Origin: Candidatus Saccharimonadia bacterium | Lineage (GTDB): Bacteria; Patescibacteriota; Saccharimonadia; Saccharimonadales; JALRHH01 | DNA: 64,000 nucleotides | Direction of reading: 5' to 3' | NCBI GenBank assembly: GCA_023253175.1 | Contig: JALRHH010000001.1 | Span: 236,020 to 300,019, forward strand | The notes under the pieces: model-generated | The model's database searches: none | Told to the model about the DNA's origin: nothing | What the model saw: only the letters and a program-made list of their open reading frames with translations | Shown here: one piece after another, positions 27,078 through 36,197 of the stretch | Numbering within the stretch: position 1 is the stretch's first letter | Layout: each line of letters opens with the position of its first letter | Made by a program: the position numbers and the translations under genes

Positions 27078-27872
27078 ATGATCACGGAGCAAGCACAGAA
27101 CGAACCTATCACAATCGGTATACACGGCGCTATCAGACATGGCAAAACTACTTTTGCAGAAGCGCTCCAAATGGCCGAACCTAACAGTCTATACTACGAA
27201 TCAAGTACAATTATCTCTGAAGTGCTGGATCGTGCACACGAAGAAATGACCGAACCCTTTTCTGATGATCGGGTTACGCTTATCAACGAACTTCTATCAA
27301 AGCTACCTCCTATACTGAAAGAAGTGGTGCATGTTGATACCGAGGTAAAGCAGCTACTTTTTACCGAAGCCGATGCCATAAATAATCTAGATATGCATAA
27401 AAAGCTACTTGAACATGCAGTTAGGCTCCAACAGATGCCTGGCCTAGCTAAGCAGCGGGTCACGCCAGAAAATAAGGAATACTACCGTGCTGGACTTCAA
27501 GGAATAGGTGGCTACCTTGTTGCAAAAGTAAGTAATACTATCTGGTACGATGAAATTATACGCAGATCAAAGGCAGATGCCACTGATGCCACAAAACTCG
27601 TTGTTGTCGGAGGATTACGGTATCCCGCCGATGCAGAGGTCGTCCGCGGTAATCACGGTTTTATCGTGGAGGTGGTTCGCCCTTTTGCTCCAGAGACAGA
27701 TACTACCGATCCTACAGAATTCTACAGAAAGCAAATAAAGAGCCATTCCAAAATAATTAATAACGGTGACATCGATGATATGCATGCGATTGGCAAAATA
27801 TTCTATGATGACTTACAGACGGGTATTATCAAGCCGGTTTATATCGCCTCCACTAGCTCAGCGGACGCATAA
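27078..27872 (+). CDS. P-loop NTPase / nucleotide-kinase-like protein
   Basis: Walker A GIHGAIRHGKTT. TGtTAGAAT -10 box ends 6 nt before the ATG. Confidence 0.5.
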   Translation: MITEQAQNEPITIGIHGAIRHGKTTFAEALQMAEPNSLYYESSTIISEVLDRAHEEMTEPFSDDRVTLINELLSKLPPILKEVVHVDTEVKQLLFTEADAINNLDMHKKLLEHAVRLQQMPGLAKQRVTPENKEYYRAGLQGIGGYLVAKVSNTIWYDEIIRRSKADATDATKLVVVGGLRYPADAEVVRGNHGFIVEVVRPFAPETDTTDPTEFYRKQIKSHSKIINNGDIDDMHAIGKIFYDDLQTGIIKPVYIASTSSADA

Positions 27873-27993
27873 GTACGTCACATTATTTACAAAACTACAA
27901 CAAATATGACGCGCTAATGCCTTGCAACATGCTTTTGACAACCCGTACAATGTAGGGAACGTACACGGGTGGATAACGAGAGGGGAATTTTAC

Positions 27994-28707
27994 GTGGGGG
28001 TATATAGCAATATTCAAATCCGTGAGGCACTAGAAACTGGGCACATTGTTTGCGTGCCATTCAATCCAAAACATGTCGCCCACGCCAGTCTTGATGTAAC
28101 ACTTGGTTATTACTACTACCGAACTGGCCAGTCAAAGCGCGGCTTTGTCTATAATCCATTTAGCGAAACAGATACAAAGCGCTACTTTGGCGAAGTCCAC
28201 CAGGCCGTCCCACACCAGGACTGGTGCAACGCCAATAACGTACAGCTTCAGGAAAACATCCCTGCAGACCACCCGGTCATCCCACTCCGTCCCGGAGAGC
28301 GCATTCTCGCGCACACCCACGAATTCTTTGGGATCAAGCCACCTGGCGCCTACCAGGTAAAAGCCCGTTCAAGCTGGGGCCGTAATGGTGTTGCTGTTTG
28401 TTTCGACGCGGGCTGGGTCGATCCAGGTTACATCAACCGCCTGACGCTTGAAATCTACAACCTAAACGAACACGAAACAGTGCTGCTGCCTGTTGGTGAG
28501 CGCATTGCCCAAGCTGTATTCCTCGAGACCGGTGAAGTAGAGGGCAGCTATGGTGAAGGCCGTGACAATGGAATGAGCGGCAAGTACCAACAGGGAACTG
28601 ATCTTGACGAAATTATTACCAACTGGCGCCCCGAAGCAATGCTTCCACGTGCATACAAAGACAGCCGCGTCCTTCCAGCGGAGATTAAAGGTTTAAAAGC
28701 ACGATGA
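27994..28707 (+). CDS. dcd: dCTP deaminase family protein
   Basis: KARSSWGRNGVAVCFDAGWVDPGYINRLTLEIYNLN..GERIAQAVF. ORF track starts at 27922 (TTG); the GTG at 27994 after GAGGGG gives a typical N-terminus. Confidence 0.8.
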   Translation: MGVYSNIQIREALETGHIVCVPFNPKHVAHASLDVTLGYYYYRTGQSKRGFVYNPFSETDTKRYFGEVHQAVPHQDWCNANNVQLQENIPADHPVIPLRPGERILAHTHEFFGIKPPGAYQVKARSSWGRNGVAVCFDAGWVDPGYINRLTLEIYNLNEHETVLLPVGERIAQAVFLETGEVEGSYGEGRDNGMSGKYQQGTDLDEIITNWRPEAMLPRAYKDSRVLPAEIKGLKAR

Positions 28708-31043
28708 GCAAAGAACGAGCACCAGCACCAGAAAAAGGTACATTCCTTGTTATAGAAGGTACTGACGGTTCCGGCAAAGGAACGCAGTTTAATCTCTTAG
28801 TAGAGCGCCTCACAAAAGAAGGCTACGACGTTGCTACCTTTGATTTCCCCCAGTACGACCAACCATCAAGCTTCTTCGTTAAAGAGTACCTAAATGGAAA
28901 CTATGGCTCTGCAGAGGCAGTTGGACCGTATACCGGTTCTCTTTTCTACGCGCTTGACCGCTACCAGGCAGCACCAGCTATTCGCGAAGCGTTGGAAGCT
29001 GGAAAGGTCGTGCTTGCAAACCGCTTTACAGGATCAAATATGGGTCACCAGGGAACCAAATTTGCCAATCACGAAGAGCGTCGTGGCTATTTTATCTGGC
29101 TTGATAATCTAGAATTCCAGATGCTTCACATACCTCGCCCTGACAAGTCGTTCGTGCTCCGTGTTCCAGCAGCAACCGCACAAAAGCTTGTTGATCAGAA
29201 AGCAGAACGATCATACACCGACAAAAAGCGTGATCTGCACGAAGCAGACCTGTCGCATCTAGAACGTGCCGTAGAAGTCTACGATGACCTCTGCAACTTA
29301 TTCCCTAAAGATTTCCAGCGCATTGACTGTGTTCGTGGGGGTGAACTCCTGTCAATTGATACGATTCAGGAAATGCTGTGGCAAACCGTAAAACCACTTC
29401 TACCAAATAAGCCTAAGAAGTCAAAGACAGCGGCAGTAACTAAAAAATCGGCCATAAGTGATGAAAATCCTTATGTAAAGAAGACCGAGACAGGATACAA
29501 AATAACTTCTGCCGGTAAAGCCTTCTTGGATGAAGCTGTTACCAGCACGGATGGCGATGTATACGCTTTCAACGAAACACTCAGCCCAACAACTGTTGCA
29601 GCCGCAATGGCGAGGCTAAGCCGCCGTGGCGATGATATGCGTATCACTATTTTGGATGAGTTTGCACACGCAATGGGCAAGGACGAAAAGCTACTACAGC
29701 GCGTTATTACCGCATATGGTGACGACTCTGTGCAGCAGCTCGTCGGACTGCAATTCGTCGTCGAAAATGCTTCTAATCTTTTGACTAAGAAACTAGAGTG
29801 GGGACGTCTTGCAGCCTACCTAGAACAATCCACACGCTACATCTACTTTGACCAAAAGGATGACAACGGCAAGTACAAGTACCACGTCCCAGATCATTTT
29901 GATGATGACACAACAGCTATTTACGTTGATGCCATGGATACTATTTTTGATAACTACTCGGATATGGTCCACAAACTGACCGAATATGTTGCGCATAATT
30001 CAGATACCCCAGAAGCAGAGCGTGACATTGCATGGAAGGGCGCTGTTCGGGCACAGGCATGTGATGCGGTTCGTGCGGTACTACCAGTCGCAACTAAATC
30101 TACAGTGGGTATTTATGCCTCTGGTCAAGCAACAGAGAACCTGATTATGAATCTACTCGCCGACGAGCTACCAGAAGCACGTAAAAAAGGCCAAGAAATT
30201 CTTGAGCAGGCCAGAAAGATCATTCCAACGTTCCTAGAGCGAGCCGACAAGCCAGAGCGCGGCGGTGCAACAATTGCCTACCGCGCCAATACTAAGAATG
30301 CTGTAGCGGAGCTTGCCAAGGAACTTCTGCCGACTAACCACGCAAGTGACACTGACGCAGTTACATTGACTAACTTCTGGCCACGCAACGAACTCGACCT
30401 TGTGCCTGACATGCTCTATGAACACAGCTCACTCCCACTCAATGAACTACAGAATGAAGTAAGTAAACTTAGCTACGACAAAAAGGAAGACGTATTCAAG
30501 GCCTACATTGGCGAACGACTGAACCGACGCCACAAGCCAGGCCGCGCACTTGAAAAAGCCCACTATTCATGGGATCTGGTCTGTGACTACGGTATTTTCC
30601 GCGATTTGCAGCGTCACCGTATGGTTGACGACCTAAACTGGCAGCTTCTAACACCGCGCTATGGTTATGATATTCCTGCGCTCATCGATGAAGCTGGTTT
30701 GACCGATCAGTTTGAGGCATGCTTTGACCTGAGTCTTAAGCTTTACAGCGTACTTCAGGAAAAGGGCTATGACCTAGACGCGCAGTATGCAACACTACTC
30801 GGTCACCGCATGCGCTGGAAGATTACCTATAATGCACGTGAGGCGTTCCACTTCCACGAACTACGTACCAGCCCTCAGGGTCACCCAGGCTACCGCAAGT
30901 TAGTGCTCGAGATGCACGAAAAGCTCGCGGAGGTGCATCCACTCATGGCTGAATCCATGAAGTTTGTGAACACCGGCGAAGACGAGACATTGACCCGTCT
31001 TGCAGCCGAACGCTACACGCAGTACAAACTGAACAATCTATAA
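28704..31043 (+). CDS. tmk-thyX: thymidylate kinase fused to tandem-domain flavin-dependent thymidylate synthase ThyX (779 aa)
   Basis: N-terminus LVIEGTDGSGKGTQ (Tmk P-loop). ThyX half 1: AAAMARLSRR...LEWGRLAAYLEQSTRY (RHR degraded to WGR). ThyX half 2: FRDLQRHRMVDD...TPRYGY and FHFHELRTSPQGHPGYR. ATGA overlap with dcd. Confidence 0.8.
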   Translation: MSKERAPAPEKGTFLVIEGTDGSGKGTQFNLLVERLTKEGYDVATFDFPQYDQPSSFFVKEYLNGNYGSAEAVGPYTGSLFYALDRYQAAPAIREALEAGKVVLANRFTGSNMGHQGTKFANHEERRGYFIWLDNLEFQMLHIPRPDKSFVLRVPAATAQKLVDQKAERSYTDKKRDLHEADLSHLERAVEVYDDLCNLFPKDFQRIDCVRGGELLSIDTIQEMLWQTVKPLLPNKPKKSKTAAVTKKSAISDENPYVKKTETGYKITSAGKAFLDEAVTSTDGDVYAFNETLSPTTVAAAMARLSRRGDDMRITILDEFAHAMGKDEKLLQRVITAYGDDSVQQLVGLQFVVENASNLLTKKLEWGRLAAYLEQSTRYIYFDQKDDNGKYKYHVPDHFDDDTTAIYVDAMDTIFDNYSDMVHKLTEYVAHNSDTPEAERDIAWKGAVRAQACDAVRAVLPVATKSTVGIYASGQATENLIMNLLADELPEARKKGQEILEQARKIIPTFLERADKPERGGATIAYRANTKNAVAELAKELLPTNHASDTDAVTLTNFWPRNELDLVPDMLYEHSSLPLNELQNEVSKLSYDKKEDVFKAYIGERLNRRHKPGRALEKAHYSWDLVCDYGIFRDLQRHRMVDDLNWQLLTPRYGYDIPALIDEAGLTDQFEACFDLSLKLYSVLQEKGYDLDAQYATLLGHRMRWKITYNAREAFHFHELRTSPQGHPGYRKLVLEMHEKLAEVHPLMAESMKFVNTGEDETLTRLAAERYTQYKLNNL

Positions 31044-31045
31044 GA

Positions 31046-31072
31046 AAAAGCTCCCTTGTTAAGGGAGCTTTT
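31046..31072. terminator. bidirectional intrinsic terminator
   Basis: AAAAGCTCCC-ttgttaa-GGGAGCTTTT between convergent genes. Confidence 0.75.
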
Positions 31073-31093
31073 AAGTTTCCAGGATCCTAATTC

Positions 31094-31735
31094 TCATTTG
31101 ACATCAAATCCAGCAAAGGATAGTCGATACTTCACGTCATAATGTCCAATGCGAGGTTCGTCGTGGTGCTTTGGCATTCTATAGCGGTGAAGTTCGGTGA
31201 TCATGTTAACCATTGGGTTTTCCGTTGCAATCCTAAAAAGATAAGAACGGTGCGGTCTTGCCCAATTGAGATCAATCCGCGGTCGTCCATGATCAAAATG
31301 GCCACTAAGTCCAATCCTGCCTATAGTCGACCGAATGGCCTCGTCAGTTAGCTTACCGTCTCTATCGCAGATCGCCAGCTTAAGGTCTGGGAAAATCTCC
31401 TGAGTATCAACTTCTGGCAAGCTATCGTCATGCACGGCCTGAAGCATCGCATGTGCACTAGTATATATTGCACGATTGACTCTACGTACTTCCTGCCTAA
31501 TGGGCAGCGGTGTATTTTCTTTTGCAAAATGTTCAGTCATTGCACGAGAAGAGGCAGTCTTTATATCTTCACAGGTAACAATAGCTAGCCCACCTATAGT
31601 CTCCGCTAGCTCACCATGACGTTCAGGAATGTCAGTACTAATACTTAACAAGCCCTCGATAGGGGGCTCATCGTTTAAGCCGTACGACGTAGTGGCGGGC
31701 AGATCCGCGCCTCTCTCCAAACTCACAATACTCAT
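31094..31735 (-). CDS. hypothetical protein (213 aa)
   Basis: ORF only; no motif. Confidence 0.45.
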   Translation of the reverse strand: MSIVSLERGADLPATTSYGLNDEPPIEGLLSISTDIPERHGELAETIGGLAIVTCEDIKTASSRAMTEHFAKENTPLPIRQEVRRVNRAIYTSAHAMLQAVHDDSLPEVDTQEIFPDLKLAICDRDGKLTDEAIRSTIGRIGLSGHFDHGRPRIDLNWARPHRSYLFRIATENPMVNMITELHRYRMPKHHDEPRIGHYDVKYRLSFAGFDVK

Positions 31736-31863
31736 TTCTGTATCTCGTTTACCATATACATTTGTACATGAAGTTATATCTTTAAGACAATTTGACGAGA
31801 ACTAAATATTCAGTAATAACTTACATTATTCTTCTGGTGATATAATCATCACCTCAATATTAT

Positions 31864-31892
31864 ATTATAGCAAATTAAAGTTATATTGTCAA
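31864..31892 (-). promoter_or_regulatory. consensus sigma70-type promoter
   Basis: Reverse strand TTGACA-17 nt-TATAAT, abutting the stop of 31894..32757. A GGTGAT/ATCACC palindrome lies at 31836..31853 in the predicted leader. Confidence 0.45.
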
Positions 31893-31893
31893 T

Positions 31894-32757
31894 CTAACTG
31901 GAGCGTTCCAGAATTTCATCGCTCGTAATAATACCGGCTATTATCCTGTTAATACAGGCTACGCTTCCGTCTTCGAATGCAGGACAACCATTAAACGGAG
32001 CAGAAAGATCTGCCGATAGTTTACTTTGTACTGCTGTTTCAATTGTTAATCGACCAGCGCTCCGGGCCACCACTCTAAACTTAGAGGGATCAAACGTGAG
32101 TGTTTCATAATTGATGCTGTCATTAAAATCACCCGTGTCTTTTTGCAAATTCTTGATAATCAAGTCATTGCCGTGCTTACTGTGACGACTCATCTTTACA
32201 TTAAAGACCCGTGCTGATGCTAAGAGCTCTCGTCTTGCGGTGATCCGGCTTGTATCTGGGAACTTTAGGCGAGCAGATCGAACGAGTGACGGGATTACCT
32301 GGTAGACTGCCATACAAGTAAAAATACCTTCGCTGACGGCGTGGCTAACAAGCTGCTGACCTTCTTGCATAAAAACTTCTCTACGCTCTTCATCAGATCG
32401 TTCAGGGATAGGGGTGTGGTGTCTTAATTCACGATATCTATCATAGACATAGCCAATAGAGTTCCTGTAGGCATCGTCATCTCTTAATAAATCCCAGTGC
32501 GAGGCCACATAAGTATCAACTAGTTCACCGGCAAAAGCATGCCAGCCGGCTGGATCCGTAAAGTCCATATCTGTTGTATCAATAGGATAATTAGCAAGTC
32601 TCTTTTCAAATGTTTCCGTAGCGTGTCTAAACACATCGGCTGTCTGCACAAGTAGCTCCTTGCGCTCCCTGCTAAGCATCGGCCCACCAGCAACAGCGGT
32701 GTATGAACTTGTCTGGGGTGAATCGAGCACCCAAATTGGAAGTCTCTCTGATGACAT
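31894..32757 (-). CDS. hypothetical protein (287 aa)
   Basis: ORF only. TAAAGT -10-like box 8 nt upstream of the ATG. Confidence 0.45.
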   Translation of the reverse strand: MSSERLPIWVLDSPQTSSYTAVAGGPMLSRERKELLVQTADVFRHATETFEKRLANYPIDTTDMDFTDPAGWHAFAGELVDTYVASHWDLLRDDDAYRNSIGYVYDRYRELRHHTPIPERSDEERREVFMQEGQQLVSHAVSEGIFTCMAVYQVIPSLVRSARLKFPDTSRITARRELLASARVFNVKMSRHSKHGNDLIIKNLQKDTGDFNDSINYETLTFDPSKFRVVARSAGRLTIETAVQSKLSADLSAPFNGCPAFEDGSVACINRIIAGIITSDEILERSS

Positions 32758-32800
32758 AAGCTACAACTTTACAATATTTTGCCTAAATTGTATAGAATCC

Positions 32801-32829
32801 TTGACATCAAATACTTACAGGTCTATAAC
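32801..32829 (+). promoter_or_regulatory. near-consensus promoter
   Basis: TTGACA (32801..32806), 17-nt spacer, TATAAC (32824..32829). Confidence 0.5.
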
Positions 32830-32881
32830 GTTATGTATGCATTCAATCGCACAGAAGCTGATTATTCTACTCGGTCTATCA

Positions 32882-32970
32882 GGACTGTGCTTCAGTACGA
32901 TTGAAGCCTACCGCAAATAACGCGGCACAGCACAGTCCAAGACAACAGGCTTCAATCAGAAGTCTTTTTT
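32882..32970 (+). promoter_or_regulatory. structured leader with two interleaved perfect inverted repeats (pseudoknot or switch topology)
   Basis: a GGACTGTGCT 32882..32891 pairs with a' AGCACAGTCC 32929..32938. b GATTGAAGCCT 32899..32909 pairs with b' AGGCTTCAATC 32947..32957. Order is a-b-a'-b'. T6 run at 32965..32970, then SD and the ATG at 32992. Confidence 0.5.
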
Positions 32971-32991
32971 AATTCTAAGAGGAAACAAGTA

Positions 32992-33231
32992 ATGTTTTTA
33001 CATCAATCAGTATCAAATGTAGTTGCACATGGGATGAGCAGCAGCGAGGAGGCAAAGTATCGCAACTGGGATGTTGACCCAGAGTTGTTACAAGACCCAT
33101 TTGATGTCGCGCAGGAGGCAGAGGCCAAGAGGGCAAGAGAGACCGAGGAAGAGGCCAGGGCAGCCGCCAGTCAGCACTACGTAGATCTCGAAGTTGGACG
33201 CATATCCGTAGCGGGAATGGTAGAAGAATAA
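32992..33231 (+). CDS. small hypothetical acidic protein (79 aa)
   Basis: AAGAGGAAA SD; no motif. Confidence 0.4.
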   Translation: MFLHQSVSNVVAHGMSSSEEAKYRNWDVDPELLQDPFDVAQEAEAKRARETEEEARAAASQHYVDLEVGRISVAGMVEE

Positions 33232-33233
33232 TT

Positions 33234-33521
33234 ATGCGCGAGACAGATTACACCGAGCCACTCCATGTACTGCTTGATTGGCGCAAGCAGAATCAACCTT
33301 TTACAGAGGAGGAAAGTCGTTTCGTCGATAAGACTATCGATGACACAGAGAGGCAGATTATTGCATACGCAGGTTACCCAGATATACAAGAAGATGCGAC
33401 CATCGATGGTCTAGCAAAGCTTGAGGCTTTGAGGGTCACTGTCGCCGGACATGTTGCAAAAGTTGTCCCAATACGTACCGTATATGTGGTAACAAGCTCG
33501 CCCGTCCGCGAACAGGCTTAG
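33234..33521 (+). CDS. small hypothetical protein (95 aa)
   Basis: Starts 2 nt after the previous stop; no motif. Confidence 0.4.
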   Translation: MRETDYTEPLHVLLDWRKQNQPFTEEESRFVDKTIDDTERQIIAYAGYPDIQEDATIDGLAKLEALRVTVAGHVAKVVPIRTVYVVTSSPVREQA

Positions 33522-33524
33522 GAC

Positions 33525-33553
33525 TTGTTATTTAAGGAGTAATCAAGTATAAT
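33525..33553 (+). promoter_or_regulatory. rplJL promoter
   Basis: TTGTTA-17 nt-TATAAT. Confidence 0.55.
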
Positions 33554-33562
33554 TACTCCCAA

Positions 33563-33674
33563 GTTGCCAAAGACAGTGACTGACCATAGGTCTTAATTTG
33601 TCACCGAGGTACAAACAATCTCTTTTAGAGCGTTTGAACATCTTTGGAAACAGAGATGTTTTTTGTTTGGCAAC
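33563..33674 (+). promoter_or_regulatory. rplJ leader with long-range helix and terminator-like hairpin (L10-leader-type attenuator candidate)
   Basis: GTTGCCAAA 33563..33571 pairs with TTTGGCAAC 33666..33674. Hairpin AACATCT/AGATGTT (33637..33660) is followed by TTTTGTTT, which overlaps the 3' arm of the long helix. Confidence 0.4.
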
Positions 33675-33745
33675 GCAAAATAACGGTGAAGCAAGTAGGT
33701 CGATCGTTTCATCACAGTTTTAAACCTAAATTCCAAAGGAATTAC

Positions 33746-34270
33746 ATGGCTTTAACAAAAGACAAGAAAAACGAAGTTATTGCAGAAGTTTCTGACTTGC
33801 TCAGCAGCTCTAAGATGACTGTCGTTGCAGCCTACAAGGGTACTCCTGTTAAGGCAATGCAGCAGCTCCGAAAGAACGGTGCCGAAAACGGTACTAAGCT
33901 TAAGGTTGTTAAGAACCGTCTTGTTATCCAGGCAGTAAAAGGCCAGGCTAACCTGAAGGATGTAGACACTTCTGCGCTAAACGGAATGCTTCTGTACGCT
34001 TTCAACAGCGAGGACGAAGTAGCTCCTGCAAAAACTTTGGCTGAATTCGCTAAGACTCAGCCAACCCTAGAGTTTGTTGGTGCAATCTCTCCAGAAGGAC
34101 ACTTTGTGTCAGCTGACGAGGTAAAGGCACTTGCAACCCTACCAAGCAAGAACGAACTTATCGGTTCTGTTGTTGCAACATTACTATCACCAGTCAACGA
34201 TGTTACCAACGCGCTTTCAGGCAACTTGCATGCATTACTTGATGGTGTTGAATCTAAGGCTACTGCCTAA
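33746..34270 (+). CDS. rplJ: 50S ribosomal protein L10
   Basis: MALTKDKKNEVIAEVSDLL..VVAAYKGTPVKAMQQLR; ATG at 33746 chosen over the ORF-track 33644. Confidence 0.9.
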   Translation: MALTKDKKNEVIAEVSDLLSSSKMTVVAAYKGTPVKAMQQLRKNGAENGTKLKVVKNRLVIQAVKGQANLKDVDTSALNGMLLYAFNSEDEVAPAKTLAEFAKTQPTLEFVGAISPEGHFVSADEVKALATLPSKNELIGSVVATLLSPVNDVTNALSGNLHALLDGVESKATA

Positions 34271-34291
34271 TTTAACTAAGGAGATTTAAAA

Positions 34292-34672
34292 ATGGCTGAT
34301 GTAAAGAAGCTTGCAGAAGAGCTAACTAAGCTAACTGTACTAGAAGTAAACGAACTAAAGACCATCCTTAAGGATGAATACGGCATCGAGCCAGCTGCTG
34401 CAGCTGTTGCTGTTGCTGGTCCTGCTGCTGGTGGCGACGCTGGCGCTGCTGCTGACGAGAAGAGCGAATACGACGTTGTTCTTAAGGATGCAGGTGCTCA
34501 GAAGGTAGCTGTTATCAAGGCTGTTAAGGACATTACTGGTCTTGGTCTTGGTGAAGCTAAGGCTATCGTTGACGGCGCTCCAAAGACTGTCGTTGAGAAG
34601 GCTAAGAAGGAAGACGCAGAAGCACACAAGAAGGCTCTTGAAGAGGCTGGTGCTACTGTTGAACTTTCATAG
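34292..34672 (+). CDS. rplL: 50S ribosomal protein L7/L12
   Basis: Ala-rich hinge and C-terminus [28 protein letters not shown]. Confidence 0.95.
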   Translation: MADVKKLAEELTKLTVLEVNELKTILKDEYGIEPAAAAVAVAGPAAGGDAGAAADEKSEYDVVLKDAGAQKVAVIKAVKDITGLGLGEAKAIVDGAPKTVVEKAKKEDAEAHKKALEEAGATVELS

Positions 34673-34701
34673 TTTAACCGCAGGTTACCCTGCACACGAG
34701 A

Positions 34702-34736
34702 AAACCGCCCGGGATACATCCCAGGCGGTTTTTTTA
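34702..34736. terminator. strong intrinsic terminator (bidirectional)
   Basis: AACCGCC..GGGA-tacA-TCCC..GGCGGTT followed by TTTTTT. An A-run lies upstream; it overlaps the stop of the convergent 34734..35384 gene. Confidence 0.75.
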
Positions 34737-35384
34737 TACGTGCAAATCTACAGAAAAGGGTGCGTCGCTGCGAATTAATTCATAAATTTCGCGTGTTCCT
34801 GCAACTAATTTAATACTGGTGTCAGCAAAATCGTGCCAAGCATAACGGAAGCGATCATCTTCGTCGGGCGCGTCGCCGTTATATGTTCCATAGTGTACGT
34901 GAGCAAAAACATGCGTCAGTAGCTCATCTTGGTAACTGATTTGTACATCAGCTATGCCACGATACTCCATCGGTATACTAGGCAAACCTTTTTCCTGCAG
35001 CTCGCGGGTAGACTGCTCCAAGAATGATTCATTAAAGTGCTGCGTGCCGCTCATGAACATACGGGTTCCGACATACGGCTGTGTTTTACGCTCGGCCAAT
35101 AGAAACTGACCCTCGCTATTCTCTAGAATTACGATGGCAATAAGCTTTGGCTGCCTATAGGGCTTTAGTGTGCCTGACTGTAGCCCATCAACGTACTGCA
35201 GTCCCTTATGCGCGAGACTATACCCATCCTCGGTTTTGTTTATAAAATCTTGCTTCTGCAGCTGCCTCAGATGATACATAAAGATATTGCTTTCCATGCC
35301 ATCTGGCTTCAGCTCGGAAAAGCGGAGCGATTCACTAGTCATCAAGCGCTCTAATATTTTGCGCTGAATGTGATGTTCAATCAT
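34734..35384 (-). CDS. wHTH plus Nudix-like domain regulator
   Basis: N-terminal wHTH (KILERL..LRFSELKP..YHLRQL). Degenerate Nudix box GTQHFNESFLEQSTRELQEKGL. Paralog of the fragment at 1..199. Confidence 0.55.
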   Translation of the reverse strand: MIEHHIQRKILERLMTSESLRFSELKPDGMESNIFMYHLRQLQKQDFINKTEDGYSLAHKGLQYVDGLQSGTLKPYRQPKLIAIVILENSEGQFLLAERKTQPYVGTRMFMSGTQHFNESFLEQSTRELQEKGLPSIPMEYRGIADVQISYQDELLTHVFAHVHYGTYNGDAPDEDDRFRYAWHDFADTSIKLVAGTREIYELIRSDAPFSVDLHV

Positions 35385-35431
35385 ATGAGGTTATTCTATG
35401 GTAAGTTTCTGATAAATCGCAAGCACGAGCG

Positions 35432-36067
35432 TTACGCCACGGCTACTTCACGGCTCAAAATGCTACTTGTAACCCGAGCCAATCTAGCGTCAAAATCATG
35501 GTCACTAAACACCTCAAACCCAGGGTGCATATCAAGCGTGCGTCTATTGTTATCACATGTTTGACGTGCCCCCGCAGCGTCCTCATAACGCGCGTCATTA
35601 GTGCTCATAAGTTTTTCATAGAGATCGGGGTCATGGTGCGCAAGACTTGGCATGTAGGCAATCTTGTTAACAAGCGTCAAATGAGGCGCACGGTCATAGC
35701 CAAGGCGACGAGTGATTTGCTCGTATTCATGTGGCTTTACGTAGGCAGCTACATCACAGCGATCAGCGAGAATAATACTATTTTTACCGGCTTCACTTTG
35801 CTGCGCCCGCTTAATCCCGCTTACAATCAGATCAAGAAGCTCCGTTTCAAGGTCTATAAATTCTGCACGGCTATTCTGGGCCAACCATGGCACATCAACC
35901 TGTTTTTCATTAATGAAGTCCGTAGCTACCTCGGGTAATACAACAAGGCGCACCCCTCTTTGGAGTGCCTGACGGGCGACGTACTCTACTGCTGTTGTTT
36001 TGCCGCCGCAAGGGCCACCCTCAAGCGCTACAGTGTATGGTTGTGATTCTGGTGATGTGTATCTCAT
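35432..36067 (-). CDS. AAA_28 / NadR-type P-loop kinase-like protein
   Basis: Walker A LEGGPCGGKTT; Walker B-like IILADR. Confidence 0.6.
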   Translation of the reverse strand: MRYTSPESQPYTVALEGGPCGGKTTAVEYVARQALQRGVRLVVLPEVATDFINEKQVDVPWLAQNSRAEFIDLETELLDLIVSGIKRAQQSEAGKNSIILADRCDVAAYVKPHEYEQITRRLGYDRAPHLTLVNKIAYMPSLAHHDPDLYEKLMSTNDARYEDAAGARQTCDNNRRTLDMHPGFEVFSDHDFDARLARVTSSILSREVAVA

Positions 36068-36115
36068 AACCTTACAGTAAAAGGCTGTGGCCTATGTCGC
36101 AGTGGAATAGTTTTG

Positions 36116-36133
36116 AGTCAAAATGATTTGACT
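36116..36133. promoter_or_regulatory. operator-like palindrome in divergent promoter region
   Basis: AGTCAAA-atga-TTTGACT. Confidence 0.3.
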
Positions 36134-36197
36134 TACCTAAGCCCAACTCTTTGCTAGTATAGTTACACCGTATAGATAATTAATAAAGGAGAAGTCC

